Counted from the first letter of the stretch, positions 1 to 12,200 are shown. The stretch: DNA of 64,000 bases from Candidatus Undinarchaeota archaeon (GCA_964519305.1 CAZFHY010000010.1:32001-96000); one strand, 5' to 3'. Program-made: numbers and translations. Notes: generated from the sequence alone by a model not told the origin.

Positions 1-3000
1 AGTACAGGTACCAGAACGGTCGCTGGCAGATCGAGATATCCGCCCCGCCCGATTATGCCTTGAAGTTCAGGGACATCACCGAAGAATGGCTCGAACAGAA
101 CGAAGGCAACGTGATGGGCGGTCATTTTAAAGAGATCACCAAAGAGCTCGCTAAAAGGAACTATAAGGACGGAATGCAGTACCTCTGGGACCACATGCGC
201 AGTACAAAGGGATGGCTTGGAGTGGAACACTCCATCAAAATCCTCTCCGATGATGGAGATGTCAAATATGGTCATGATTCGGGGGATGACAAGTATGAGG
301 ATTTCAGGAATGGGATGCAGGGATCCATCGCCGAGAATCCCTGCGCGTTCGCCGATGTACGGATGCACGTCAACGGTGCGCCCACGGGCGATGACAAACG
401 ACTCTACTCCGTCGAGTTCTGCATCCTGAGAGGCAAGGACGGAGATGGAAAGGAGTACGAGGACCGGAACGATGATAAACCCGGATACAGCGAGGAAGCG
501 TGCATCGACTATCTCAAGAAGCACGGTCTGCGTGACAAGGACGGTAAGAAGATCGGGGTCGATGAACGCGGGGAGGGTCACCAGCTCACTCTCGTCTATG
601 CAGATAGCGGCCAGATGTTCTCCACCGGTGCGCTGGGCGTGGACGTGTACGGTGAGAACGGTCAGAACAAGGTCATCGAATCCCTAGATCCGGCCGTGTC
701 ATCGTACGCACCCGATTACAAACCCACATATGCCTCAACGCTCCAGGAGGAGCAGGTCACTGGTGCCGACCAGGCCGCTGAGCAGGTGGAGGTCGCATCG
801 GACTGGCAGCAGGATGCCATCGATGCCACTAGCGACGAGGTGGAGCGGGCTGCTGAAGAGGCCGCGAAGGAAGCGGCCGAGGCCGCGGAAAAGAAGGCTG
901 AAGGTCTACAGCCACTCGACTTCGCCGCGCTCAAGTGCCCTGACAGCGGTGAATACAGCAACGCTGGGGAGTTCAACGCAGAGTACGCCTCCATGGCAAA
1001 AGAGCTCGCCGTCTTCTATGCCCAAGTCACCGGATACCTCGAGGTCCTGCGCACGTCGGTGAAGACGCAGCAGGACAATTGTCACGAGGCCATCGACTCG
1101 TTCACTGGACAGTACGCCGTCAGCTGCGAGATTAAGGACCTCAAGGACAAGGAGGCAAAGGACCTGGAGCTTACTGTAGTGGAGGACGCTTTTGATCCGG
1201 GGATCTGTTCCAAGGCGGTCGTCGATCATTGCCTGAAGGACGAGCTGTGGAAATGCAGCAAGGACCTCAGCGATGAGACCGCGGGCAAGGTTACGACCTG
1301 CGAGATGTGCACGGTCGAGCCGTGCTGTATCGGAACGGACTGTAAGGCATGCGCTAAGGCGGAGAACAACGAGTACGAGAAGCTACCGAAATGCACGGAA
1401 TCTTCAGGTGTCATCTGCCGTCAGCAGTTCGAATGCTGCACGAACACAGGTACAGACATACTCACTGAAGCCTTCCTCCCCCAAGAGGAATGTGCCTTCA
1501 TGGGAGGGTTTTGGGGTAACTGCCCTCCCGAGCTCGAATTCACGAATGATGAGGAGTTCGGAAGGTACGGGAGCTATCTGTGCTCACAACATTACCTGTC
1601 AACGACTGCCGCGTGCAAGTGTACAAAGAGCGGTATAAAGAAGGCCGAGTGCATCGTTATGCGGTACAATATGATCTGGGACGAAACAGATCGTAATGAC
1701 AAGGTCATCCCCGAGGAAGAGAAGTCCGATACAACAGAAGAGGAATCATCTTCCGAGGAAAGCACTGAGACCACGGAAGAGGAGACGGCTACCGAGGAAG
1801 GGGATGAGGCCACAGAAGAGGGAACGACCGACGAGGAGGATGCCGGACCGACGGACGAGGAGAAGGAGCAGAAGAAGACCCTCGATACTGAACCCTTCGG
1901 CCTCGCCAGTTGCCAACCAAAAGGATCGCTGGAGCTCGGTGATGGCGCAGAGCCGTACATCAAGACCGAGAAAGGAAGACACACCGTAGTCGACCCCATC
2001 AAGGTCGACGCGTGCCAGCGTCAGGTCGCTGACCTCAAGGACCTGTGCATCCTGGACGGAGCGAGCATATTGTTCGACGACGATAAGAAGCGCGGTCCCA
2101 CCGAGGTGCTTGCTAAGCTCGATACTCTCATCACCACCATGAACGGGTATGTCGCGGGTATGAAGGACTCGGCGCAAGTGGCCGAGGAGATGAAGGAACA
2201 GGGCGACGAGACGCTCGAGAACATCGACTCCGATGCCATCGATCCGGAGCTGGTCGACAAGTTCGAGGAGCTGCTGACAAGGGACGCTGACAAGGTCCAG
2301 GACACGCAGAAGGACCTCAAGAACGTAATCACATTCGTCAAGGGCCAGCTGATGGCCGACCTCTCGAACATCCATTTCTTCAAGCACGTACCGTCCTTCG
2401 CCGTCGTGGCGTCAAAGGATTGGCGGTACGAAGCACGATGCAATCCGTTCCAGAAACCTCACTTCGACGAGAAGTGCGAACCGATCGGGGACGGTGAAGA
2501 GACGGAAGAAGGGACTGAGGACGAACAGCCCGAGGATACTACCGATGAGGGCGGCGAAGAAGGCAGTGAGGAGAAGGTCGATCCATTCAACGAGGAGGTA
2601 ACATGCGAGGGACCCGGAGCGCCATCTCCGTTCTGGTGCCCGCTCAAAGAGCGTGGCGGATGCAACGCCACACAAATAACGGTCGTAGTCGCTGATACGA
2701 ACCCTGATTCCTGGGACGACCGCAAGCTGCTCGACCTACTTAGGAACGTGAATCCCGATGACCTTTTCATCAATGAGGAGAAGTGCTCCGAGTACAACAC
2801 CGAGGACGGTGGCGGTACGGCCGTCGATGAAGGCGATGTGCCGCCCGTCGTCGACACCGGCGGGACACCCTGGTACGGTTCCATCACACCGGGCGAGGAC
2901 ATCCCCGAAACGGAGAAGGACCCGCTCGTACAGTGCTGCCAGCGCATCTTCGGTATCGAGGATTCCGCCTGGGCAGGCGGTGGTATCGTCGACACGGCCC

Positions 3001-6000
3001 GGAGCTGGCTTGGTGTACCCTATGTGTTCGGCGGTACCAGCCGCTCGGGGTGCGACTGCTCAGGCCTTACTATGAACGTGCTCAAGGAGAACGGCATCAA
3101 TGTGCCGCGGACCGCGTCCCAGCAGTACTACGCCTGCGAGAGCAACGGTGGTACGTACGTGGACTGGGGCGACCTCCAGGCGGGCGATATCGTCTTCTTC
3201 GAGAACACCTACAAGCCCGGGGTCTCCCATGTGGGCGTCTATGCGGGCGACGACCGGATGATCCATGCGCCCAAACCGGGCGACGTGGTCAAGATCGTCC
3301 AGCTCTCCAACTCGTACTTCCGCGAGCACTGGACCGGTGGATGTCGGTACGTGGAGGGCGGTGCAAGCTACGAGGCGCTCGACATCGACTGGTGCGAGGA
3401 CGACACTGAAGAGCTGTGCTGCCAGGGCCCTGGCCTAGAGCTGGAAAAGAAGATCACCGAGCAGGAGTGCGGGCTCACGTGCGAGGAGCTGTGCGAGGGC
3501 AAGTACGAGCGCCATTCGTACAAGTATCTCGTCTGTCGCCATAAGTGCGGAGCCCGTGACGAGCAGTGCTCGGAAAAGCCCGAGGAGACGGCCTGCGAGG
3601 TCGATGGGATGGACGGTCTGTGCTGCGATGAGAAGTGCATGGTCCACGCCCTCATGTGCGCGGGCCGGGTGGAGGCATGCGTCGGCTCCCTGAGCCTCGA
3701 TCCCTGCACCTATGACGACGAGGACGGCGTGTGCTGCGGCGGGCGCTGTCTCACCGGCGAGAAGGACTGCAGCTCGTGCAAGGACATCACCGTGTGGGCC
3801 CTCAATCCCGAGACCGGTCTGTGCGATAAGTTCACCAATACCTGTGACGTACCCGACGGTTGGATCGACTGCGAGAACTTCGGGTGCGACACCGACGAGG
3901 ACGAGTTCCTCGACTGCTCCAAGGACGGCGAACTGGGCATGTGCTGCGGGAAGAAGTGCGCTCTCAACGCTGAGGACTGTGTGCCCGATGACAGCTGCAA
4001 GGGCATGGGCGACGGCGTCCCGTGCTATGCCAAGGACGTGCCTGGTGTGTGCTGCGGCGAGAAGTGCGCCGTGGGCGGTACCAGGTGCGGCGAGTGCGTA
4101 CAAGCGACGACCCATGCCAAGGACCCGGAAACGGACACGTGCAAGGAGTTCCCGACACCTTGCGACGTACCGTACGGGTACACTGCCTGTGAAGGGTACG
4201 GTTGTACCGGCCTCATCGATGGCGCCGCATGCACCAAGGATGATGAGCGCGGTATCTGCTGCGGCGACGGGTGCGTTGTGGATGCCACCGGATGCGTACA
4301 GGATACAACCCCCTGCGAAGGAAAGGCAGAAGGTGGAGCATGCGAGTCCGATGGTCAGAACGGCGTGTGCTGCGACGGTCATTGCGCGCTCGGCGGCTCA
4401 ATCTGTGGCGTCTGCGCCCAGGTCATCACATTCGCCCTCGATAAGACAACAGAGCAGTGCGAGCAGTACCCGACACCATGCGACGTGCCCAAGGGAGCAC
4501 CCCCGTGCATCGTCGAGAGCTGCCTCTCCGAATGTCAGAACGAGTTCCCTGAGAACCCGTCCCTGGCCCGCAACTGTCGTGAACTGTGCGAGACCATGGA
4601 CATCTCCTGTGAGGAGCGATGCATCATGGACTTCAACGGACGCGACGAGCGCCTTGCGTGTATCGAGCGCTGTCCCGGGGTGATCACCGAACAGATGTCC
4701 GAGAGCCTCAGATGGTGCGAGGAGGACTGCATCGACTTCAACAACGGAGAACCAGCGCCCACCCTGCTATGCTTCAGGCTGTGCCGTGCGATCCACCCGC
4801 GGATCCACGTGACCTTCGCCCTGCTCCGCGACGGTCAGGAGGCCGAGTCGTTCTTCACCGGCGAGAACCCACGAATGCGGGTCGAGGTGGAGAACCGTGG
4901 TAGTGCAGGATTCGCGGGCGACATGAACGTCGCGCTGCGGGTGCTCGACGCCTGCGAATGCGAGCCCTGTCCGGACGACTACATGTGCAGCTGCGACTGC
5001 GAAGAGGAGGAGCGCCAGGTGTTCTCGCTCGATAACATCATGCTCGCCCCCGGCGAGAAGGCGCGGTACCTCACCGACCCGGTCCGCCTGCAGAGCGAGC
5101 TGGCCGGTACGACGGTCCAGCCGGTGGCTACTGTGAGCGATACCTACGACCAGGTCATAGGCAAGCCTCTTGGCAGTTTCTACGGTGTGAGCGAGGCCGA
5201 GAAGATGGCGGTTAACGATGCGTGGTTCCTGGTCAACGACCGTGAGCGCGCGACCGCCGCCTATCCCGGCGAGTATGCCGTGGGTTTCGTGGTGTTCTCC
5301 ACTGATCAGGTGCCCGTGACGCTCGAACTGTTCATGGTCGGATGGGACGGAGCTCCCATCGAGGGCATGGACACGTCCCAGACCATCACCTGGCCCACAA
5401 GGATGGAGACGTTCACCACAGGCGAGCTAGATGTCGATACAGCCCACGTGGACTTCGTCATCCGCCTCGGGTACAAGGTCACGGACGCATCGGGTACGGT
5501 CCTGGCCGAAGGCACTCTCGACGAGCAGGGCAGACCGCCCGGCCTGTGCGAGGGACGCGACCTCACCACGTGGTGCGAGGGGTTGCATGAGCGCGTGAAG
5601 CTGTCCTATCCCGACGCTTACCTTGAAGTGAAACGGCCCATGCTCGACGTGGCGGACGCTGCCTTCATCGATAACGACGGGCTCGCGGTGAACCGGCTGT
5701 CCGGGAGCGATTCGGTCCGGGCCAAGCTCGAGCTGACCAACCTTGCAGCACAGACCTTCGAGGGGACCGTGATCGTGAAGGTCGTCGGTACTGACGGCAT
5801 GGCTGTCCCCGAGTCGGTCGTGGCACTGGACATCGACCGTGGTCTGGAGGGCGCTGGCTCGTCCATCGAGGTTGAGTCCGGGTTCGTATGGCCTAAGCCG
5901 GGCTCGTCCTTCCGCATCTGGATCACGGCAACGGACCGTGATGGTAGGATCTGGCTCGACCAGATAGTCCCGACCGCGCTCTTCCCGTTCGCCGAGCTGA

Positions 6001-6188
6001 GCGTGACCCAGGACGCCACCGAGGGACTGGTGCGGAACACGATCTTCACCACTATCATCCACGAGGGGTGCCTAGCCAGCATCCGGTGCGACGATTGCCT
6101 GACGACATGCGAGCTGCGTGTGGACCGGGCGAGGTGCACGGTCACTCGTGAGCGTTGTGACTGCGAGTGCATCATGGAGGCAATATAG
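1..6188 (+). CDS. Giant Cys-rich acidic surface protein, paralogue 1, with intact NlpC/P60 peptidoglycan peptidase domain; 5'-partial
   Basis: Frame is open from nt 3 (YRYQNGRWQIEIS...) so the start lies left of the window; >2040 aa. NlpC/P60 at ~2982-3350: WLGVPYVFGG..DCSG..PRTASQQ..GDIVFF..SHVGVY..MIHA. Cys-rich repeats and C-terminal Cys module shared with the next two ORFs. Confidence 0.9.
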   Translation, partial: YRYQNGRWQIEISAPPDYALKFRDITEEWLEQNEGNVMGGHFKEITKELAKRNYKDGMQYLWDHMRSTKGWLGVEHSIKILSDDGDVKYGHDSGDDKYEDFRNGMQGSIAENPCAFADVRMHVNGAPTGDDKRLYSVEFCILRGKDGDGKEYEDRNDDKPGYSEEACIDYLKKHGLRDKDGKKIGVDERGEGHQLTLVYADSGQMFSTGALGVDVYGENGQNKVIESLDPAVSSYAPDYKPTYASTLQEEQVTGADQAAEQVEVASDWQQDAIDATSDEVERAAEEAAKEAAEAAEKKAEGLQPLDFAALKCPDSGEYSNAGEFNAEYASMAKELAVFYAQVTGYLEVLRTSVKTQQDNCHEAIDSFTGQYAVSCEIKDLKDKEAKDLELTVVEDAFDPGICSKAVVDHCLKDELWKCSKDLSDETAGKVTTCEMCTVEPCCIGTDCKACAKAENNEYEKLPKCTESSGVICRQQFECCTNTGTDILTEAFLPQEECAFMGGFWGNCPPELEFTNDEEFGRYGSYLCSQHYLSTTAACKCTKSGIKKAECIVMRYNMIWDETDRNDKVIPEEEKSDTTEEESSSEESTETTEEETATEEGDEATEEGTTDEEDAGPTDEEKEQKKTLDTEPFGLASCQPKGSLELGDGAEPYIKTEKGRHTVVDPIKVDACQRQVADLKDLCILDGASILFDDDKKRGPTEVLAKLDTLITTMNGYVAGMKDSAQVAEEMKEQGDETLENIDSDAIDPELVDKFEELLTRDADKVQDTQKDLKNVITFVKGQLMADLSNIHFFKHVPSFAVVASKDWRYEARCNPFQKPHFDEKCEPIGDGEETEEGTEDEQPEDTTDEGGEEGSEEKVDPFNEEVTCEGPGAPSPFWCPLKERGGCNATQITVVVADTNPDSWDDRKLLDLLRNVNPDDLFINEEKCSEYNTEDGGGTAVDEGDVPPVVDTGGTPWYGSITPGEDIPETEKDPLVQCCQRIFGIEDSAWAGGGIVDTARSWLGVPYVFGGTSRSGCDCSGLTMNVLKENGINVPRTASQQYYACESNGGTYVDWGDLQAGDIVFFENTYKPGVSHVGVYAGDDRMIHAPKPGDVVKIVQLSNSYFREHWTGGCRYVEGGASYEALDIDWCEDDTEELCCQGPGLELEKKITEQECGLTCEELCEGKYERHSYKYLVCRHKCGARDEQCSEKPEETACEVDGMDGLCCDEKCMVHALMCAGRVEACVGSLSLDPCTYDDEDGVCCGGRCLTGEKDCSSCKDITVWALNPETGLCDKFTNTCDVPDGWIDCENFGCDTDEDEFLDCSKDGELGMCCGKKCALNAEDCVPDDSCKGMGDGVPCYAKDVPGVCCGEKCAVGGTRCGECVQATTHAKDPETDTCKEFPTPCDVPYGYTACEGYGCTGLIDGAACTKDDERGICCGDGCVVDATGCVQDTTPCEGKAEGGACESDGQNGVCCDGHCALGGSICGVCAQVITFALDKTTEQCEQYPTPCDVPKGAPPCIVESCLSECQNEFPENPSLARNCRELCETMDISCEERCIMDFNGRDERLACIERCPGVITEQMSESLRWCEEDCIDFNNGEPAPTLLCFRLCRAIHPRIHVTFALLRDGQEAESFFTGENPRMRVEVENRGSAGFAGDMNVALRVLDACECEPCPDDYMCSCDCEEEERQVFSLDNIMLAPGEKARYLTDPVRLQSELAGTTVQPVATVSDTYDQVIGKPLGSFYGVSEAEKMAVNDAWFLVNDRERATAAYPGEYAVGFVVFSTDQVPVTLELFMVGWDGAPIEGMDTSQTITWPTRMETFTTGELDVDTAHVDFVIRLGYKVTDASGTVLAEGTLDEQGRPPGLCEGRDLTTWCEGLHERVKLSYPDAYLEVKRPMLDVADAAFIDNDGLAVNRLSGSDSVRAKLELTNLAAQTFEGTVIVKVVGTDGMAVPESVVALDIDRGLEGAGSSIEVESGFVWPKPGSSFRIWITATDRDGRIWLDQIVPTALFPFAELSVTQDATEGLVRNTIFTTIIHEGCLASIRCDDCLTTCELRVDRARCTVTRERCDCECIMEAI

Positions 6189-6216
6189 GATAGACCATAA
6201 GAGAGGTCCATGAGAT

Positions 6217-9200
6217 ATGGTAAGGGGGTTCCTGAGCATCGGGAGGATGGCCGCGGCTCTAGCTGTAGCCGTGGCCTTACTCCTGTCCGGGATCCCGACG
6301 GTCGCTGCTGATGGTGACGAGAATCCCTGCGCAGGCCTCGACATTATGGCGGGCACCATGAACCTCCCCCACGGTGGCGGAACGGACCTCAACCACGTGG
6401 CGTTCTGCATCCCCGCGGGGACCGAGGGCGCGGCAGGCTGCGCCGACCATCTCAAGGACGAGTACGGTCTCGAGCCCGTGGAGGGGACCGATAACCAGTT
6501 CGAGTACACGGGCGAGGAGGAGCTGGACCCGGAGGCGGTCCTCGCTGAGCCCGGTGGCGAGCGAGGGCAACTCGTAATGTCCTCATCGGGCCTCGATGTG
6601 CGCATCAACGGTGCGCCCAGCATCACCGAGGACGGCATCCGCGCCTGGCTGTCGGAAAAGAACCCGGCGCTGCTGGAGGCCGATCCTGACCTCCCATTGA
6701 CGTTCTACGAGACGAGCATCGAGTATAACATCGATCCGGCCATCGCCCTATCCTTCTTCCAGATGGAGTCGAGCTACGGGAAGGCCGGTAGGGCCACCTC
6801 CACGCTCTCCATCGGCAACATCAGGGAGTATGGCGACGGTCCTGCCATCGACGGCTTCAGGGCCTACGACACGTGGTCCGACGGCGTGGAGGACTACTAC
6901 CAGCTCCTCTCCGGCGACGTCTACGTGTCCAGTGGGCTGACCACCGTCGAGCAGATCGTCCCGAAGTACGCGCCGGCGGCGGACAATAATGTGCCCACAC
7001 AGTACATAAACAGTGTACGCGCCACGGCCGAGGCGATCCAGCAGTACGAGGAGGTCATGGGCCCTGATGGCGGCATTTCCACCGGCAGTGGCGGCGGGGC
7101 GCGCGGCTGCTACCCCCACAGGCCCACACCACGACGGTTGCCCGACTGCCCGAAGATGGACAACTTCGACAACGTCGTAGACTACCTCACCGAGATCGAG
7201 GCCATGTTCGACGATATGCTCAAGTTCTACGAACCGCTGGTCAACGAGCTGAAGCACTTCAGGTCCGTGCTATTCGCCGAGCAGGCGAAATGTCACGGTG
7301 CCATCAACGACTTCGCCTCCCGCTACGGTGTTCCGTGCGAGATGGACGCGTTCAGCGCGTCCGAAGAGGGCGAAGAAGAAGAGAGTGAACCTGAGGCGGA
7401 AGAGGACGCTGGTGGCAGTGAAGCGGAGCCCGAGGAGGACACGTACGAGCCGAGCACGGGGATCGAGGGCGACCTGCACCCCGAGGAGGAGGTCACCCTG
7501 TCCGTCTACGGGCCCGAGGTAAGGGACGCCCATCCGCTGGAAGCGCTTGTCCTCAGCGATGGCTTCGGCCCGGCCCTGTGCGCCGCTGCCGTGAAGGACA
7601 ACTGCCTTGCCGACGACGCATGGCAGTGCCGGAAGGGCGAGGGCCACCTCCCCGCGGTCGTCGGGACTTGCAGCATGTGCGTGGCCGAGGGCTGCTGGGC
7701 CGGTACCGGGTGCGGCACGTGCGGCGAGGAGGACGACAGCGATGACAGCGAGGGTGAGAAGAAGCTCACACCAGTGTATACGGACGGGAGCTCAGGCACC
7801 TATCCACGATCTGAGGACGAGGCCCTCACCGGCGGCACGGACCCATTCGGTGTCAAGGAATGCAAGGGCGAAGGGCTGGCCGAGGGGGAGAGGACCTACG
7901 TAGTCATAGAGCGCGGGGTGCATGCGAACGTAGAGGCGCTCGAGCTCCAGCGATGCCAGCAGGCAGCGATCGACGTCAAGGACCTGTGCATGCTCGATGG
8001 TTCAGGCGACTTCCTGGGCGATGGCGGTGTCCACGGCCCCACCGATGTGCTCGTTGGACTTGACGACCTCATCAGGGACATCGAGTCGTTCGTTTTCGAC
8101 CTCGGTAAACTGACCGATGAGGTCCACAAGATGGCCGAGGAGACCAAGAAGGACCTGGACGGCAAGGACGCGATAAACTGGCCCACCGCAGGTTCCCAGA
8201 CATCTGGATACGGGCCTAGGGGCGCGCTATGTGCCGACGCGAACCTGTGCAAACCCCACTTCCACCACGGCCTCGACATCTCGCAGGCGGGCACGGTACC
8301 GGTCATCGCCGCGGCCGACGGCAAGGTCTCGGGCCTGGTCAAGGAGTCGTCAGGCAGCTGCTACGGCAACGCGGTGTTCCTGGACCATGGCAACAACCTC
8401 CAGACGCGGTACGGCCACCTCCGATCCCTCGAGGTGAGCATGAGCCAGGTGGTCGACCAGGGCCAGCGGATCGGGCTCCAGGGCAACACGGGCTGTTCGA
8501 CAGGGCAGCACCTGCACTTCGAGATACGGGTCAACGGCCAGTCCGTTGACCCGCTTGAAGTGCTCGAGGGCAAGAGCAACGTCTTCCTGCTCTTCCACGA
8601 GGCGGAGATCTTCTCGACCATGTCGAAGAACGCCGAGAACATCAAACCGACGCAGGAGGCGCTCAAGGCGTTCGTCACGTTCCTCCGCGAGTACACTAAT
8701 GACGTGTGCGGTGCGGGCGGGACGAGCGAGGGCGACGTGCCATCGTTCCTTGTGGGTGCGTCCGATGAATGGGCGAATGGCGAGAGTTGCGATGTATCCT
8801 TCCCACCGTTGTTCGATGGGGACGACTGCACCTCCACGCAGGACGCCGACACCGAGGAGGACCCGCCCGAGGAAGAGGAGGAGGAAGCAGGCACGAAACC
8901 GGAGGAGAGCGGCGAGCACCTGGACGACTGCCCTTCAGAGAAGCATCGTGGTGGGTGCATCGCTACGACCACGACCACCTCGGTCAGTGATTCGAACAGC
9001 GACGCGTTGGACGAATCGATCGAGATCCTGCTCTCACTCGCCGGCTGGTACCCGGACGAACTGTTCCTCGACGATGAAAAGTGCTTCGGGTACAACACAG
9101 AGGGCGGGAATCCTAGTGTGTCCGGATCCGCGTCACCCGGCGGCAGCCCAGATCCCGGCAGCGAGAGCTTCGGTACCGACGAGGGTGCGGAGGACGACCT

Positions 9201-12200
9201 GCTCCCCGGTCAGGACGCCGAGGAGGGTGACGACGATCCACTAGTCCAGTGCTGCCAGCGTCTCTTCAACACCGAGACCGTGACGGGGACAGGGGGCGCC
9301 ATCGCCTACACGGCGCACAGCTGGCTGGGCGTTGCATACGCGTTGGGCGGCTCCGACCGCGTCGGCGTCGACGGTCCAGGTCTCGTGCTGGGCGTCATGC
9401 GCGAGAACGGCTTCGAGCTCCCCCGGACGGCCGCGGCACAGCTGGGATCTTGCGAGCAGCTGGGCGGTATGCGGATCGCCTGGAACGTGCTCCGACCCGG
9501 CGATCTTGTATTCCTCAAGGACGATGGATCGACGGACGTGTCCCACACCGGAGTATTCGTGGGCGATGACCTCATCGTCAACGCACCGGGTCCCGAGGGC
9601 GTTGTGCGGCTTGACAAGCTGTCCACCTTGCGCCACCGGTGGTCAGGCGGATGTCGGATCGGTTCAAGCGCATCGTCAGATGCAATTGTCGTCAGCTGGT
9701 GCCAGGAGGAGGTAGATGAACTGTGCTGTCGCGGTCCCGGCCTCGAGCTCGAACTGGCCATCTCCGAGGAGGCCTGTGGTATGTCCTGCGACGAGCTGTG
9801 CGACAGGAAGCATACACGCCACACGGTAGCCCACACGCTCTGCCGTCATGCATGCGGTGCACGGGACGAGCAGTGCGACGGCAAGACCGACGAGAGCGCG
9901 TGCGAGGTCGATAGCGTCGAGGGCCTGTGCTGCGAGGAGAAGTGCATGGTTCACGCATTGATGTGCGCGTCTCGTGTCGAGGTCTGTATCGATATAAGAG
10001 ACGGGGAGCAGTGCTCCTTTGGTGGTGATGACGGTATTTGTTGCGGTGGTCGCTGCCTCACCGGCGGCGGTGCGTGCACGCCCTGCGCAGTGGGCCCGAC
10101 ATGGGCCAAGGACCCCGCGAACGGGGAGTGCGAGCAGTTCGAGAGCGTCTGCGACGTCCCGACGGGACGGACCGATTGTGGCCCCTGTTCCGAGGTGGAC
10201 GCATTCGGCAAGGACCCGGCGACCGGGAAGTGCGAGCGGTTCGACTCCCCATGCGACGTCCCCTACGGCTGGTCGGAGTGCGAGGGACACGGATGCGCAT
10301 CTCTTGACGACGGTGCCGTGTGCTCCATCGATGGCACGGCGGGCATCTGCTGCGGTGGCGGCTGCACTGTCGGGGCCACATCTTGCATGGACGATCCAAC
10401 CGTATGTACAGACGTGGGCGAGGGCGAGGCCTGTGCAACCGACTCAGCGGGCGTATGCTGCAACGAACGCTGCGCGGTAGGTGCCGTCGCGTGCGGCGAA
10501 TGCCCCCGGGCGGTCACCCATGCCTACGATCCATCGAGGGGCCAGTGCGTGCGATACGACACGCCGTGCGATGTACCCAAGGGATGGCCGCCTTGCATCG
10601 CGTCCTCCTGCCTCACTGAGTGCCAGAACGCCCACCCGTCCAACCCTGCCCTTGCCCATGCCTGCCGGGAGCAGTGCGAGGGCGCTGACATATCCTGCGA
10701 GGAGCGGTGCCTGGCGGCGAGCGACGACACGGACGAGCGCACCAGCTGCATCGGGCAGTGCTCGAACGACGTCACCAGCAGCATGCCCGAGACGCTCAGG
10801 TACTGCGAGACTGGCTGCCTTAGTGATGACGACGCCCAGACTGGCCTCTGCATGAGCATGTGCCGGGCGACGCATCCGCATGTGAACATCGAGCTCGCTA
10901 TCGTCAGGGGAGAGCAGGAGGCCTCGTCCCTGTTCACGGGCGAGCGACCACGCCTTCGCATCATCGCCGAGAACCGCGGTTCGCGTGAGTTCGCCGGGAG
11001 CATCGAGGCGGTGCTGCGCGAGTTGTCCGCCTGCACGTGCCCGGCCTGTCCGTCAGGGGATGTATGCCACTGCGGCTGCGACACAGGAGAGCGGCCCGTG
11101 GTGCGCTTCGACGACGTGATGCTCGGCGTCGGGAAGAAGACCACCTATCTCTCCGATCCGTTCATTCTACCCGCGACACTGGCAGGTACGACGCTGCAGC
11201 CGGCCGCGACCCTCCGGGATGCCAGTGGTAGGACCGTGGGAGCACCACGCGGTCCTTTCTACGGTGTGGCTGCACCGGGACCCGTCTCGATCGATGACGC
11301 CCAGTTCACCGTCGACGGGAGGGAGCGGGCCACCACCGCCGCCCCCGGAAGCACGGCAACGGCCTCGCTCATCCTCACCACCGCCCGCGCGCCCACCAGC
11401 GTCACGGTATCCGTGGTCACTGCTGTCGGCGTCCCGGTCGAGGGCACCGAACGCATCCACGAGCTTCCCTTCCCCGTCCAGAACAAAGCCCTTGCCACGG
11501 GCCCGCTGACCGTCACCAGCGCTCAAGCTGGATCGCTGTTCCGCATCAGTTACCGAATCGAGTCCGGTGGTGTCGAGCTGGCCGCTGGAGTGCTCGATGA
11601 GCAGGGCAGACCGCCCGGTATGTGCGACGGTCGGGAGCTCACCACTGAGTGCGAGCAACTCCACCTGCAGGCCCATCGTTCGTACCCCCACGCGTTCCTG
11701 GAGGTGCTCCGACCTAAACTCGTGGCGACCGACGCGTCGTTCATGGACGCGGACGGCCGCGAGGCCATACTTATGCCCGCTGGGAAGACAGTCCGGGCCA
11801 TGGTCGAACTGGCGAACCCGTCTGGACGTCCCTTCACAGGCACGGTGACCGTGTCTGTGACGCAGGAGGACGGCTCTACTGCCCTTGGTTCAGATCAGAC
11901 CATCGAGGTCGAGCGTGGGCTCGATGGATCGTTGTCACGGTCGTTCGAGACAGCGAGCTTCCAGACCACTGCAGGCCGTTCGTACCGCATCCGCGTCCTT
12001 GGGAAGGACCGCGACGGTGCGGTCTGGCTCGATGAGATCGTACAAACTGTCCTCTTCCCCATGGCCGGGCTCAACGTTCCGGAGAGCGCTGTCAGCGGCA
12101 TCAGCCGCAACGACGTGTTCACATCCGTTGACCACGAGGACTGCCGTGCCAAGGTAACCTGCGTGCAATGCCTCTCGACCTGCGAGCTGCGTGTCGAGCG

